NCBI GenBank assembly: GCA_964016885.1
Contig: OZ024743.1
Location: forward strand, 158,038,001 to 158,102,000
DNA from: Eledone cirrhosa
Lineage: Eukaryota
Length of the DNA: 64,000 nt
Direction: 5' to 3'
Shown here: positions 62,560 to 64,000 of the stretch, one piece after another
Layout of the letters: each line of letters starts with the position of its first letter
Numbering within the stretch: the stretch's first letter is position 1
Notes under the pieces: model-generated
Told to the model about the DNA's origin: nothing
The model's input: only the letters and a program-made list of their open reading frames with translations
The model's database searches: none
Position numbers and translations under genes: made by a program

Positions 62560-64000
62560 TTCTCTATTAGCCACAGGGGCACAAGAGAAGGGGACAAATA
62601 CAAAGGGGGAAGTTTACATACAATAAAACGTGTAAAATGTTATCACAAATGCAATTTAAAAAGTTAGTCGATTTTCCCCAATAGGGGGAGACATTTCATA
62701 TGGGTAACACATACGCCCGAAAAAAATGTGCAACCCTCATCTCCAGGAGTACGAAGAGTTTGTACCCCCTTCCTCTCTTCCTCCTTCTCAACTGACAGGC
62801 CAGGGACTTTTGGAAGTTGTCCATCGGTCCCGGGCCAGTTCGTCTTCCTCTACGCCTAGAGTTTCTCCGAGCGCGTCGTCGCACTTGCTGCAGATCAACC
62901 TTCTATAGAATGACGAAGTGGAATCTCCACTGATCGCCGGGTCCGCCTGCCAAAGGGCTGTGAGCGCCTGAGCACATTCGATGTGCAAGTCGCCCATTTT
63001 CCTCGGTCTTTGCTTGACCCAGGACTGCAGCTCGGTCAGCGAGACTAGTCGTGGGAATGCCTGCCTCACGAACGGGACCCACACCGGTTTTCCGGTGAGG
63101 AATACGTGGAGGTCCCGCAGCCTGAGCGCGTGTTTGCGCATCGTCAGCCACGGCATCCCCAGCCCTCCGTTGGAAGGGTGTTGGCAGCAGATGGATCTTC
63201 TCACCGAAGGAGCCCGCCTCTTCCAAAGGAATTAGAAGAGCGCGCGCTCCATTTTGGTGAGCGTTTTGGCTGGACAAGGCACGACAGTCAAGCGGTAGTA
63301 GATGGCAGATGCTATAAAAGTGTTTGCCACCTCCGCTCGACCTTTCAAGGATAGTTTGCACTCGGCCCACTTCTGGGTGAGTGCAAACACCTTGGCCGTC
63401 CCCTCGTTCCAGTTCTTTTCCACCTGGAGGTCCGGACCAAACCAGACCCCGAGCAGCTTTACCGGTCATTCCGTCCAGCGTCCGACGACGCCATCTGAAG
63501 GCATCGGTCTGCCTCTCCACGATCCGAGTTGCAAACCAATGGACTTGTCCCGGTTCAGCTTCGCTCCTGTGAACCTTTTGTATTCCTTCAGTAAGGTGCC
63601 GACTTCCTCGATTTGCGAGGTGCTCGACAAAATTACTGTCACCTCGTCGGCGTAGGCCGACGCCGCTTTCCGCAGTCCCGGTTCCAGAGGGGTGCCCTGC
63701 AATAGCTCTAACATCCGCAGTAGTGGCTCGAGAATAAATACGCACAGAAGGGAGGAGAGAGGGCATCCCTGTCGAATGGATCGCGTGATATGGAACGGCT
63801 CCGAGAGGTAGCCCTTCACCTTGACCCTTGAGCAGATGTTGCTGTTGTGCATTGCAGCAATCCAGCCCCTGAACACGGGTCCGAAGCCTGCCGCCTCGAG
63901 CACCGCATCCAGGTAACGATGGTCAACCCTATCGAAAGCCTTAGACTGATCCAAATTGATTAGGGCCCCACCGAAGCCGGGTTTACACCCTACCCTCTAT
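62558..64000 (-). mobile_element. Tx1/L1-clade LINE (RT to 3' end, frameshifted, internal deletion), runs off the window
   Basis: LDQSKAFDRVDH, SIRQGCPLS, SAYADEVTV, GGLGMP. The 3' terminus resembles that at 45490. Confidence 0.9.

Overview
AT-rich, repeat-saturated metazoan genomic DNA. It is probably a coleoid cephalopod such as Octopus; this is inferred from the Nin-core and CORE tRNA-SINEs, the RTE LINEs with (GAT)n tails and the very abundant (TA)n, and is not proven. The only host gene I can support is the first coding exon of an OS-9-like ER lectin on the minus strand (28374-28210). No second exon is recognisable downstream, so 1-28209 is apparently a single intron longer than 28 kb. 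The rest is transposon-derived: a near-intact RTE with a PHD finger inside ORF2 (15919-19203) plus many fragments, an RTE with a twin-priming-type 5' inversion and TSD, a Penelope-like element with direct and inverted pLTRs, an internally deleted Helitron, Tx1/L1 and CRE fragments, SINEs, MITEs and microsatellites. The most striking signal, not shown by the ORF track, is a set of type-I hammerhead ribozyme (HHR) motifs from several Penelope-related families: about a dozen intact or degenerate copies. They occur as (a) head-to-head palindromes carrying two outward-facing HHRs, (b) fold-backs centred on an HHR helix II and (c) a 422-bp retrozyme-like tandem unit. In four divergent families the short inverted arm stops 3-4 nt before a shared ACTC...GAGTGCT hairpin located about 50-75 nt downstream of the HHR cleavage site. 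All ribozyme calls are manual motif and helix readings with no folding software or database search.
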